Shown in pieces: positions 1 to 8,657 of a DNA stretch of 64,000 nt. The position numbers were made by a program, and so were the translations under genes. Position 1 is the stretch's first letter. Each line of letters starts with the position of its first letter. Source of the DNA: Verrucomicrobiia bacterium (GTDB lineage: Bacteria > Verrucomicrobiota > Verrucomicrobiia > Limisphaerales > UBA11358); contig JBAVOO010000038.1 of assembly GCA_049692125.1 (NCBI GenBank), positions 5,588 to 69,587 of the forward strand, read 5' to 3'. Below the pieces are notes generated by a model. That model saw only the letters and a program-made list of their open reading frames with translations. It was not told the origin of the DNA and did no database searches.

Positions 1-136
1 CCCCGGTCTGGGCGTCCTCGAAAAATATCCCGTAAAAATCGCCAGGCCGGAACAGTAACAGCGCGTCCTTGGGCGGTTCGCCTTTGCTGCGGCGATACTG
101 CGTCATCATGGGAGTCCGTTGGGCTTCGGCGGCCAT
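1..136 (-). CDS. mutS: DNA mismatch repair protein MutS, N-terminal end only (gene continues off the left edge)
   Basis: Hand translation of the minus strand from ATG at 136..134 gives [45 protein letters not shown]. This matches the conserved MutS N-terminus (TPMMxQY ... LLFxRxGDFYExFxxDA). It is absent from the ORF track because the window edge truncates it. Confidence 0.75.
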   Translation of the reverse strand, partial: MAAEAQRTPMMTQYRRSKGEPPKDALLLFRPGDFYGIFFEDAQTG

Positions 137-347
137 CGGCGGAATATTATGCGGGAAATTTCGCCAGGTCGAAATGAAATTTCACGACTTCACCTTCCCA
201 CCGGCCGTCCAGTGCCCGCATCCGGCTCGCCGACAAATTGCCAACAATTCTGCTTTTCATTCCAGCCGAATCGGATACAAAAGCAGATGCTATGGACGAC
301 CAACGGCCAGGCATCATTAACAAACAGCGATCGAACTGGAGGACAGC

Positions 348-824
348 ATGACGGACACGATTTCCTTCAAACTCAACGACCAACCCGTCCGGTTGAAAGT
401 GGACGGCGACCGCCCGCTCCTGTGGGTGCTGCGGACGGACCTGGGGCTGACCGGTACCAAATACGGCTGCGGCGAAGGTCATTGCGGCTCCTGCACCGTC
501 CTGCTCAATCAGCGGGCGACCCGCTCCTGCCTGCTGAAGGTCAGGGACGTCAAAGACAAGGAGGTGGTCACCATCGAGGGCCTGGCTAGGGACGGAAAAC
601 TGCATCCGTTGCAAAAAGCCTTCATGGAGCACGACGGGATGCAATGCGGTTTTTGCACGCCGGGCATGATTCTCACCGGCGTCAGCCTGCTGAAGTTCAA
701 TCCGCAACCGACTGAACAGCAGATCAACCAGGGCCTGGAGCAGAATTTCTGCCGCTGCGGCGCCCAGATGCGCATCGTCCAGGCCATCCAGGCCGCCGCC
801 GCCGAAATGAAAGGTGCCCGATGA
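348..824 (+). CDS. (2Fe-2S)-binding small subunit of a two-component molybdenum hydroxylase (IorA / aldehyde oxidoreductase small-subunit family)
   Basis: 158 aa. Cys clusters CGEGHCGSCTV and CGFCTPGMI...CRCG are typical of XDH-family FeS subunits. ATGA start/stop overlap with the next gene. Confidence 0.9.
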   Translation: MTDTISFKLNDQPVRLKVDGDRPLLWVLRTDLGLTGTKYGCGEGHCGSCTVLLNQRATRSCLLKVRDVKDKEVVTIEGLARDGKLHPLQKAFMEHDGMQCGFCTPGMILTGVSLLKFNPQPTEQQINQGLEQNFCRCGAQMRIVQAIQAAAAEMKGAR

Positions 825-2995
825 ACACGAACGATTATCTGGTCGCCAATTTCAGGGACATTCACGGTTTCGAGGATTTTTACACCCAGAGCCGGCGGGA
901 ATTTTTCAAACGGACAGGCGGCGGCATTCTGGTTTTCATCACCCTGAACGATCTCCTGTTCGGCCAAGAGGAGGCCGGGCGGCCCCGCGGCGGCCGGCCC
1001 GGATTGCCCTCCGACTTCAACGCCTTCCTGCGCATCGACGAGGACGGTCGCGTCACCTGTTTGACCGGTAAAATCGAAATGGGCCAGGGACCGATCACTT
1101 CACTGCCCCAGATGCTGGCCGAGGAACTGGAAACACCACTCGACACCGTGGACATCATCATGGGCGACACTGATCTGTGTCCGTGGGACATGGGCACGTT
1201 CGGTTCGATGACGACTCGCATGTTCGGTCCGGCGCTCCAGGCGGCGGCGGCCGAGGCAAAAGTGGTCCTTTTGGAACTGGCGGCGGATTCACTCAAGGTT
1301 CCGCAAACACAGCTTGTCGCGAAGGACGGCGTCATCTTTGACCCGCAAAACCCCAAAAACCGGCTCACTTATGGACAACTGGCGAAGGGACAAAAAATCG
1401 AGCGGCATCTGCAGACCAAGCCAGCCTTGAAAGATCCCTCCCAGTACAAAATCGCGGGCAAACCGCTTACCCGCCGGGACGGGGAAGCCAAGGTGACAGG
1501 CAAGGCCCAGTACTCGGCCGACATTCGCGTGCCGGGCATGCTTTATGCCAAAATCCTGCGGCCGCCCGCGCACGGCGCCAAATTGAAGAACGTGGACACC
1601 GCACCCGCCAGGGAAATTGCCGGGGCGCAGGTCGTTCAAGACGGCGACCTGGTGGCGGTGTTGCATGAGTCGCCTGATGTGGCGGAGACCGCCCTGGGAA
1701 AAATCAAGGCCGAGTTCGATGTGCCGGAGGCGACCGTGGATGATAAAACAATTTTTGACCATCTGTTGAGCGTCGCGCCCGCGGCGAATGTTTTGAAGCA
1801 GGGGGGCGATCTGGACGAAGGCAAAAAGCTGGCCGCCAAAAAATTCGAGTCAACCTATCTCAACAGCTACGTCGCCCATTCGGCGATGGAAACCCACGCC
1901 GCCCTGGCGCAAATCGAGGGCGACAAAGCCACCGTCTGGGCTTCAACCCAGAACCCCTTTGGCGCCCGCGACCAGATTGCCCAGGCGATTGGGTTTCCCG
2001 CGGAAAAGGTCCGGGTCATCACCCCGTTCGTCGGCGGCGGGTTTGGCGGGAAAACCAACAACGCCGAGGCCGTGGAGGCCGCGCGCCTGGCCAAAGCCGC
2101 CGGCAAGCCGGTACAGGTCATGTGGACCCGCGAGGAGGAATTCTTCTTCGACACCTTCCGTCCCGCGGCCGTCGTCAAAATCAATTCCGGCGTGGAAGCT
2201 TCCGGCAAAATGGCCTTTTGGGATTACGACGTGTTTTTTGCCGGTGACCGGGGCGCCCAGCAATTTTATACCGTGCCGAATCACCGCACCGCCGCGCATG
2301 GTGGCGGCTGGGGCGGGACGAGGGGTTCGCATCCCTTTGCCACCGGCGCCTGGCGCGCGCCGGGCAACAACACCAACACGTTCGCCCGCGAATCGCAAAT
2401 TGACATCATGGCAGCCGGCGCGGGAATGGATCCGGTGGAATTCCGCCTGAACAACCTGGGCGACGCCCGGATGGTTCGCGTGCTCAAAGCCGCCGCGGAG
2501 CACTTCGGGTGGACGCCGGCGAAGGCCACCGGCAAGCGCGGTTACGGCGTGGCGTGCGGCATTGACGCCGGAACCTACGTGGCCGCCATCGCCGAGGTCG
2601 CCGTGAATGCTGCCAAGGGAACCGTGCAGGTCAAACGTGTCGTCTGCGCCCAGGACATGGGCGTCGTCATCAATCCCGAAGGCGCGAAGATCCAGATGGA
2701 AGGCTGCATCACGATGGGTCTGGGCTATGCACTTACGGAAGAGATGCATTTCAAGGGCGGCCGGGTCCTGGACACGAACTACGACACCTACGAAATCCCA
2801 CGGTTCTCCTGGGTGCCGAAAATTGAAACCGTGCTCATTGAGAACAATGAAACCGCGCCGCAGGGCGGCGGCGAACCGGCCATCATCCTGATGGGCGCGC
2901 TGATTGCCAATGCCATCCACGATGCCACCGGCGCCCGGCTGTTCCAGTTGCCCATGACGCCGGACCGGGTCAAGGCCGCGCTTCAGAAGGTCTGA
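821..2995 (+). CDS. Molybdopterin-binding large subunit (IorB / aldehyde dehydrogenase beta-subunit family), probably Tat-exported
   Basis: 724 aa. Twin-arginine motif SRREFFKRTGGG near the N-terminus. XDH-family Mo-domain blocks are present (e.g. PFVGGGFGGK). No FAD subunit is adjacent. Confidence 0.9.
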   Translation: MNTNDYLVANFRDIHGFEDFYTQSRREFFKRTGGGILVFITLNDLLFGQEEAGRPRGGRPGLPSDFNAFLRIDEDGRVTCLTGKIEMGQGPITSLPQMLAEELETPLDTVDIIMGDTDLCPWDMGTFGSMTTRMFGPALQAAAAEAKVVLLELAADSLKVPQTQLVAKDGVIFDPQNPKNRLTYGQLAKGQKIERHLQTKPALKDPSQYKIAGKPLTRRDGEAKVTGKAQYSADIRVPGMLYAKILRPPAHGAKLKNVDTAPAREIAGAQVVQDGDLVAVLHESPDVAETALGKIKAEFDVPEATVDDKTIFDHLLSVAPAANVLKQGGDLDEGKKLAAKKFESTYLNSYVAHSAMETHAALAQIEGDKATVWASTQNPFGARDQIAQAIGFPAEKVRVITPFVGGGFGGKTNNAEAVEAARLAKAAGKPVQVMWTREEEFFFDTFRPAAVVKINSGVEASGKMAFWDYDVFFAGDRGAQQFYTVPNHRTAAHGGGWGGTRGSHPFATGAWRAPGNNTNTFARESQIDIMAAGAGMDPVEFRLNNLGDARMVRVLKAAAEHFGWTPAKATGKRGYGVACGIDAGTYVAAIAEVAVNAAKGTVQVKRVVCAQDMGVVINPEGAKIQMEGCITMGLGYALTEEMHFKGGRVLDTNYDTYEIPRFSWVPKIETVLIENNETAPQGGGEPAIILMGALIANAIHDATGARLFQLPMTPDRVKAALQKV

Positions 2996-3159
2996 GTTAA
3001 AGCGGTTGATTTAATCCACCGCGGATCCGGTTTGACGTGAAGTTCGCGGCCTGGCAGGCGTGTTTCGTCCGTCCGGCCAACCCGTTTCGGCCAAAGGCGG
3101 TGTATTGAACACCGCCCGGGCAAATTAGCGCGGTGCGGCGGGCAAGTCCGGGGACTGTC

Positions 3160-3303
3160 CCCCGTAGCGCAGGTTTCCAAACCTGCTGTATCGCCGATTT
3201 CCAAATCGGCAGCGCACCGAAACTCCTGCGCCCATTGAGCCTTTCCAAGTTCGCGGATTTGGAAATCCGCGACACAGCCGACTTGGAAGTCGGCGCTACG
3301 GGG
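3160..3303. repeat. Family A multi-hairpin palindromic repeat (type copy)
   Basis: Bounded by CCCCGTAGCGC ... GCGCTACGGGG. It contains four short stem-loops: gcaggtttccaaacctgc, gccgatttccaaatcggc, cgcggatttggaaatccgcg, gccgacttggaagtcggc. Related copies lie at 16086, 16708, 21494 and 36277. Confidence 0.8.
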
Positions 3304-3386
3304 GGCAAACTGGTACAGCGGGGCGGTCATATGAAATTTTCGCTATCACCGGGGGTGTTTTCGAGTATCATGCACTCAGTCGTTTT

Positions 3387-6300
3387 ATGGCCGTCGCTTT
3401 ACAATTCATCCTGAACGGCCGGATCGTCAGGGTTGAAAATTGTTCTCCGAACACGACGCTGCTTGAATTCCTGCGTCGCGCCGGCCTGACCGGCGCGAAG
3501 GAAGGTTGCGCCGAGGGCGACTGCGGCGCGTGCGCGGTCGTCATGGTTGACCGTGACGTGCAAGGGCGGCCTTGTTATCGCGCCATCAACAGTTGCCTCG
3601 TGCCGCTCTGCCTGATGGCGGGGCGTGAAATCGTCAGCGTCGAAGGCGTCGCGTCCGGTCAAGGCCTTCATCCCGTGCAGCGGAAAATGGTCGAGTGCCA
3701 CGGGTCCCAATGCGGCTACTGCACGCCGGGGTTCATCATGTCGCTCTTTGAGGGTTATTACCGCGACGACATCCATCAGCACGACGAACTGGACGATCAA
3801 CTCAGCGGCAATCTATGCCGCTGCACCGGCTACCGCCCGATTCGCGACGCAGCCATTGAAGCGTTTTCACTTCGTAGGAGTCGAGGTAACGAGACTCAAA
3901 CTAAAAGCAAAAATGAATTGGAGACTCCTTACGTCGTCTCCTACGGTCAGGATATTTTCGCCAAACGGCTGAAAAAGGCCGGCACCGGGCCGGACGGTGT
4001 CGAGTACGAATTCGGAAATGAGAAATTCTTCCGGCCAACCTCGCTGGTCCGGCTTCTGATGTTGCTTCAGCAGTTTCCCGACGGGCAACTCATCGCCGGG
4101 GCGACGGAACTGGGCCTCGACATCACCAAGCGTTACAAGAAATTCCGGACGCTGATTTCCGTCGAAGCCGTTTCCGAGCTGAATGGCATCCAATCCACTG
4201 AAACCGAATGGCAGATCGGTGCGGCGGCGACGCTGACGCAGATCGAGGAAAAAATGGCGGCAGAATTTCCCGCGCTCGGCGACATGTTGCGCGTGTTCGG
4301 TTCGCGGCTGATTCGCAATCGCGCCACGATGGGCGGCAACCTCGTCACCGCTTCGCCCATTGGCGACAGCGCGCCCGTGCTGCTGGCGTTGGACTCGAAA
4401 GTGGTGCTTGTAGGACAGGCTTCCAGCCTGTCTCCATCTAAAACGGAAAAGTTAGAGACAGGCGCGACGCCTGTCCTCCAGGAGCGCATTTTGCCGATTG
4501 AGCAATTCTTCGTCGCCTACCGCAAAACCGCGCTTCAGCCCGGCGAGATCCTGAAAACCATCATTGTGCCGCGCGGGGTGCCAAAACCGGGACTGGCGCG
4601 TAAATGTTCGTGGTTCAAAGCGTCCAAACGGCGCGAGATGGACATCAGCACGGTGGCCGCCTGCTTCACGGTGGATCTGGACGAACAGAACGTCGTGCGT
4701 TATGCGCGTCTGGCCTACGGGGGCGTGGCGGCGATGCCCGCCCGCGCGAAGAAAACCGAGTCGGCACTGTCCGGCAAAGTCTGGAGCAACGAAACCATTG
4801 CCGGCGTGCTGCCCATTTTGCGGACGGAGTTCAACCCCATCTCCGATGTTCGCGGCTCGGCGGAGTATCGCCGCGGATTGATCACCGGCTTGCTGGAAAA
4901 GTTTTTTCACGATTCGGAGGGGCGAGTTACACGAGTCCTTGACTCAAATGGAATTGATTTGGGGCTCGCAGAGTTCGCCCCTCCGAAACAGTCAAACCGC
5001 CCTCCGCCGCACGAAAGCGGCCACAAGCACGCCACCGGCGAGGCAATCTACACGGATGATTTCGGCGCCCGAAAACAAATGCTCGAAGTCTGGCCGGTGT
5101 GTGCGCCTCATGCTCGCGCGAAAATCTTGAAGCGCGACGCTTCGGCGGCAAAGCAGATGCCGGGAGTCGCCGCGGTTTTGCTGGCGGAAGATGTGCCGGG
5201 GTTGAACGATGTCGGCGCCGTGCGGCGGGACGAAATCCTGCTGGCGGACAAGGAGGTTTTTTATCACGGCCAGATCATTGCGCTGGTTGTCGGCGAAACT
5301 CAGGAAGCCTGCCGCTCCGCCGCGGATAAAATAATTGTCGAATACGAACCGCTGCCGCCCCTTCTGAAAATCGAGGAGGCCATCGCGCACAATAGCTTTC
5401 ACACCGAGCCGAATTTCATCCGGCGCGGCGACGTTCAGGGGGCGTTAAAAAAATCTCCGCAGGTTCTTGATGGGGAATTTTACATGGCCGGGCAGGAACA
5501 TTTTTATCTGGAAATGCAGGCGGCCTGCGCGGAGCCGGGCGAGGATGGCTCGATGTTCGTGATGTCCTCGACGCAGCATCCGTCCGAGGTGCAGCACATC
5601 GTCGCACACCTGTTGCACGTGCCGGTGAATCACGTCGTCGTGCAAAGCCCCCGCATGGGCGGCGGCTTTGGCGGCAAGGAAACGCAGGCTGCCACCTTTG
5701 CCGCGCTGGCGGCGCTGGCGGCGGCGAAAACCAAACACCCCGTGCGCGTGCGCGTGAACCGCGATCTCGACATGATGATTACCGGCAAGCGTCATCCGTT
5801 TCTGGCGAAGTTCAAAGTGGGCTACAATTCCGACGGCGATTTGCTCGCGGCAAAAATCGAATTGATCTCCAACGGCGGCTGGTCCCTCGATTTGTCCGTG
5901 CCGGTGACGGACCGCGCGGTGTTTCATCTGGACAATGCGTATTTTATCCCGGCGGTTGAATTTTCCGGGCAGGTCGCCAAAACCAATCTGGCGTCGAACA
6001 CGGCATTTCGCGGGTTCGGCGGACCGCAAGGCATGCTGGTCATCGAGGAAATTATTGACCGCATTGCGCGGCGGCTCGGCAAAGCGCCGGAGCAAATCCG
6101 CGAGCGGAATCTGTATCGCGGCAATGGCGAAACGAACACGACGCATTACGGACAGGAAATCGAGGACAACCGCATCCAGCGCGTCTGGCACGAATTGAAG
6201 GACAGCACCGGGTTTGAAAAACGTCGGGGGGAAATTGCGAAATGGAATGCGGACCATCCGCATCGCAAGCGCGGACTGGCCATGACGCCGGTGAAATTCG

Positions 6301-7313
6301 GGATTTCGTTTACGATGACGCATTTGAACCAGGCGGGCGCGCTGGTTTTGATTTATCAGGACGGCACGGTGCAGGTGAACCACGGCGCGACGGAAATGGG
6401 CCAGGGGGTTCACACGAACATTGCCATGATTGCGGCCCGGGAGCTTGGAATTTCGTTGGACAACGTTCGCGTCATGCCGACGAGCACGGACAAGGTGCCG
6501 AACACTTCGGCGACAGCCGCGTCGTGCGGCACGGACCTGAACGGGATGGCGGTGAAAAATGCGTGCGAAGTTTTGCGGGCCCGGCTGGCGCCGGTGGCGG
6601 CCAAACTGCTATCCAACGCCAGCGGACGTGAAGTCACGCCGGACAAGGTCGTGTTTGCGGACAATTTTGTTTCCGCCGCTGATGTTGTTTCCGGTGCCGG
6701 ATCGGGAGAGATAAAACTCGCGTTCAAGGAAGTTGTGGTCCCCGCACACATGCAGCGCATCAGCCTGTCTTCCACTGGGTTTTATCGCACGCCGGAAATC
6801 CATTACGACCGCGCAAAGGGCAAGGGCAGACCGTTCCATTATTTCGCGGTCGGCGCGGCAGTCACAGAAGTCGAGGTGGACGGGTTCACGGGCATGACCA
6901 AAATTTTGCGCACGGATATTTTGCACGACGCGGGCGACTCGATTAATCCGGGTATCAATCTTGGCCAGATTGAAGGCGGCTTCGTGCAGGGCGCGGGCTG
7001 GCTGACGTGCGAGGAGTTGGTTTGGAACGACCAGGGCGTTTTGCTGACACACTCGCCGGACACCTACAAAATTCCCGCCGTTGGCGACCGGCCGCTGGAG
7101 TTCAACGTGCAATTCCTCAAGAACGCGACCCAACCCAACACGATTCACGGCAGCAAAGCCGTCGGTGAGCCGCCGTTGATGCTGGCGATTTCCGTGCGCG
7201 AGGCGATCCGCGATGCAGTGGCAGCGTTTGGCTCCGGCCAAGGCGAAATTGCGCTCGCCGTGCCGGCCACCGGTGAGGCGATTTGGATGGCGATTCAGAA
7301 ACAACGAAAATGA
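3387..7313 (+). CDS. xdh: Xanthine dehydrogenase, single polypeptide (2Fe-2S + FAD + molybdopterin domains; XdhA-XdhB fusion)
   Basis: 1308 aa. N-terminal CAEGDCGACAV and CGYCTPGFIMS...CRCTGY FeS motifs; FAD domain (ATMGGNLVTASPIGD); Mo domain (QSPRMGGGFGGKET, GATEMGQG, KAVGEPP). The ORF is continuous. Confidence 0.92.
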   Translation: MAVALQFILNGRIVRVENCSPNTTLLEFLRRAGLTGAKEGCAEGDCGACAVVMVDRDVQGRPCYRAINSCLVPLCLMAGREIVSVEGVASGQGLHPVQRKMVECHGSQCGYCTPGFIMSLFEGYYRDDIHQHDELDDQLSGNLCRCTGYRPIRDAAIEAFSLRRSRGNETQTKSKNELETPYVVSYGQDIFAKRLKKAGTGPDGVEYEFGNEKFFRPTSLVRLLMLLQQFPDGQLIAGATELGLDITKRYKKFRTLISVEAVSELNGIQSTETEWQIGAAATLTQIEEKMAAEFPALGDMLRVFGSRLIRNRATMGGNLVTASPIGDSAPVLLALDSKVVLVGQASSLSPSKTEKLETGATPVLQERILPIEQFFVAYRKTALQPGEILKTIIVPRGVPKPGLARKCSWFKASKRREMDISTVAACFTVDLDEQNVVRYARLAYGGVAAMPARAKKTESALSGKVWSNETIAGVLPILRTEFNPISDVRGSAEYRRGLITGLLEKFFHDSEGRVTRVLDSNGIDLGLAEFAPPKQSNRPPPHESGHKHATGEAIYTDDFGARKQMLEVWPVCAPHARAKILKRDASAAKQMPGVAAVLLAEDVPGLNDVGAVRRDEILLADKEVFYHGQIIALVVGETQEACRSAADKIIVEYEPLPPLLKIEEAIAHNSFHTEPNFIRRGDVQGALKKSPQVLDGEFYMAGQEHFYLEMQAACAEPGEDGSMFVMSSTQHPSEVQHIVAHLLHVPVNHVVVQSPRMGGGFGGKETQAATFAALAALAAAKTKHPVRVRVNRDLDMMITGKRHPFLAKFKVGYNSDGDLLAAKIELISNGGWSLDLSVPVTDRAVFHLDNAYFIPAVEFSGQVAKTNLASNTAFRGFGGPQGMLVIEEIIDRIARRLGKAPEQIRERNLYRGNGETNTTHYGQEIEDNRIQRVWHELKDSTGFEKRRGEIAKWNADHPHRKRGLAMTPVKFGISFTMTHLNQAGALVLIYQDGTVQVNHGATEMGQGVHTNIAMIAARELGISLDNVRVMPTSTDKVPNTSATAASCGTDLNGMAVKNACEVLRARLAPVAAKLLSNASGREVTPDKVVFADNFVSAADVVSGAGSGEIKLAFKEVVVPAHMQRISLSSTGFYRTPEIHYDRAKGKGRPFHYFAVGAAVTEVEVDGFTGMTKILRTDILHDAGDSINPGINLGQIEGGFVQGAGWLTCEELVWNDQGVLLTHSPDTYKIPAVGDRPLEFNVQFLKNATQPNTIHGSKAVGEPPLMLAISVREAIRDAVAAFGSGQGEIALAVPATGEAIWMAIQKQRK
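3874..3944. repeat. Family C palindromic repeat inside xdh (FeS/FAD interdomain region)
   Basis: Termini gtaggagtcgaggtaacgagactc ... gagactccttacgtcgtctcctac. A related copy in opposite orientation lies at 36346-36417. Encodes ...RRSRGNETQTKSKNELETPYVVSY.... Confidence 0.7.
4410..4479. repeat. Family A-like two-hairpin repeat inside the xdh FAD domain
   Basis: Sequence gtaggacaggcttccagcctgtc ... gacaggcgcgacgcctgtcctcc. The caggctttccagcctg-type hairpin resembles the one at 16091. Encodes ...VGQASSLSPSKTEKLETGATPVLQ.... Confidence 0.6.
4916..4984. repeat. Family B repeat (GGAGGGGCGAG ... TTCGCCCCTCC) forming the XdhA/XdhB linker
   Basis: 69 bp. The inverted termini and the internal ggctcgc(a/g)(g/a)g box are shared with the copies at 32665-32770 and 34544-34621. 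Confidence 0.7.
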
Positions 7314-7355
7314 TTTTGTTTTCGCGGTGATCCGTTAGTAACGTGCCAGTCAATT

Positions 7356-8633
7356 ATGAATAAAAGCTTGGCGCACGAACTCGTTTCCAAATTTGTCCAA
7401 AGCTACGATTCGACGGCCAAAGATAAGATTTGGCAGAAGCAAAGTGCTGATTTCAGAGAGTTCTGGTCACAGCGGGTGCTTGCGCCGGGAAAGGAAACAA
7501 TTTCCGATGTCGACTGCGACGCAATCATTCGCATTCTCGACTTTAATGGAAAGGGCAAACCAAAGGGCAGTGAGGTTGTTGCCAAAGTGATGGTTTCCCA
7601 AAACGTCTGGCGGAAACTTTTTAACATTCTTCACTCCGATAAAAAGCTCGCAAGTTTGGTGGATTCGATTTTCAAGGAGGCCAACATTGACCGTAAGGCT
7701 CAATTAATTGATGAGCTTTATGCCGAAAACGCAACCGGGAAAAATTGGCTCACTGGTGAAAGTGGAAATGTACTGAACGCGCTGCTCGCAGCGTATGACC
7801 CAGTTAAGAATTTGTCGGCAGTATCAATCAAGCACCGAAAAGCTCTCGTGGACTTTCTGGAGATAAAGTCGCCTTTTGATTGGACTTCGGCTTCGATTGG
7901 AAAGCGGATTTCACATAGTAATGAATCCATTCAAGAGGCCACTCGTGCTCTTGGTCTGACCGGTTCTGCGCGGACACTATACCGGTTTTTGTATTCGGAA
8001 CCGGTCTCGAATCTCTGGCAAGACACCATCAAGCGAGGAGGCAAACAAGTGATTGTCACTGTTCCTCAAAAAACCGACGCCGAAGAAATGCAACCGGCGA
8101 ACAAAGGCGAGATACGGGAATCGCTGCAAATACAAGCCATCCTAGCAGACATTGGATCAAAAATGGGATTTCAAATCTGGCTGCCTCCTTCAGACCGTGG
8201 CAGAGTGCTGACAAAATGGACACCGAAGCCGGGTATGCTGCTTGAAGAACTTCCGGTCACATTCAATCCGACCACAATGAGAACCATCGAACAGATTGAC
8301 GTGCTTTGGCTCAAAAGAGCAGAAATTGTCAGAGCGTTTGAGGTCGAACACACAACATCAATTTATTCTGGGATTCTCCGCATGGCGGACTTGCTGGCGA
8401 TGCAGCCCAATATCACAATTAAGTTGCACATCGTTGCTCCGGCTTCAAGGCGGGACAAAGTTTTCCAGGAAATTGGCCGGCCTGTTTTCGCCGCGCTGGG
8501 AGGACGTGCGCTGCCGGAAATTTGCACTTTTCTTTCATACGAAAGCCTGACGGATTTACACGAACAAAAACATCTGGAGCGTTTGTCGGACAAGGTGCTT
8601 GAGGATTACGAAGACAAATCACAGGAAGCGTAA
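7356..8633 (+). CDS. Hypothetical protein with a C-terminal PD-(D/E)xK-like nuclease signature; low-GC orphan
   Basis: 425 aa clean ORF. The C-terminal block QIDVLWLKRAEIVRAFEVEHTTSIYSGILRMADL looks like a restriction-endonuclease-fold core (D ... ExE). A hand count of the first 100 nt gives about 42% GC, clearly below the neighbours. Confidence 0.6.
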   Translation: MNKSLAHELVSKFVQSYDSTAKDKIWQKQSADFREFWSQRVLAPGKETISDVDCDAIIRILDFNGKGKPKGSEVVAKVMVSQNVWRKLFNILHSDKKLASLVDSIFKEANIDRKAQLIDELYAENATGKNWLTGESGNVLNALLAAYDPVKNLSAVSIKHRKALVDFLEIKSPFDWTSASIGKRISHSNESIQEATRALGLTGSARTLYRFLYSEPVSNLWQDTIKRGGKQVIVTVPQKTDAEEMQPANKGEIRESLQIQAILADIGSKMGFQIWLPPSDRGRVLTKWTPKPGMLLEELPVTFNPTTMRTIEQIDVLWLKRAEIVRAFEVEHTTSIYSGILRMADLLAMQPNITIKLHIVAPASRRDKVFQEIGRPVFAALGGRALPEICTFLSYESLTDLHEQKHLERLSDKVLEDYEDKSQEA

Positions 8634-8657
8634 CGCATTACCTGTTTTGCCCTACCA

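Noticed and set aside
2983-3414. ORFs 2983..3330(-), 2997..3308(-) and 3133..3414(+) over the first family A repeat. Similar small ORFs lie over the other repeats (12518-12945, 36250-36483, 38744-39236).
   Set aside because: They are read-throughs of palindromic repeat DNA (ADFQIG / ADLEVC-type peptides on both strands). There is no independent coding evidence.
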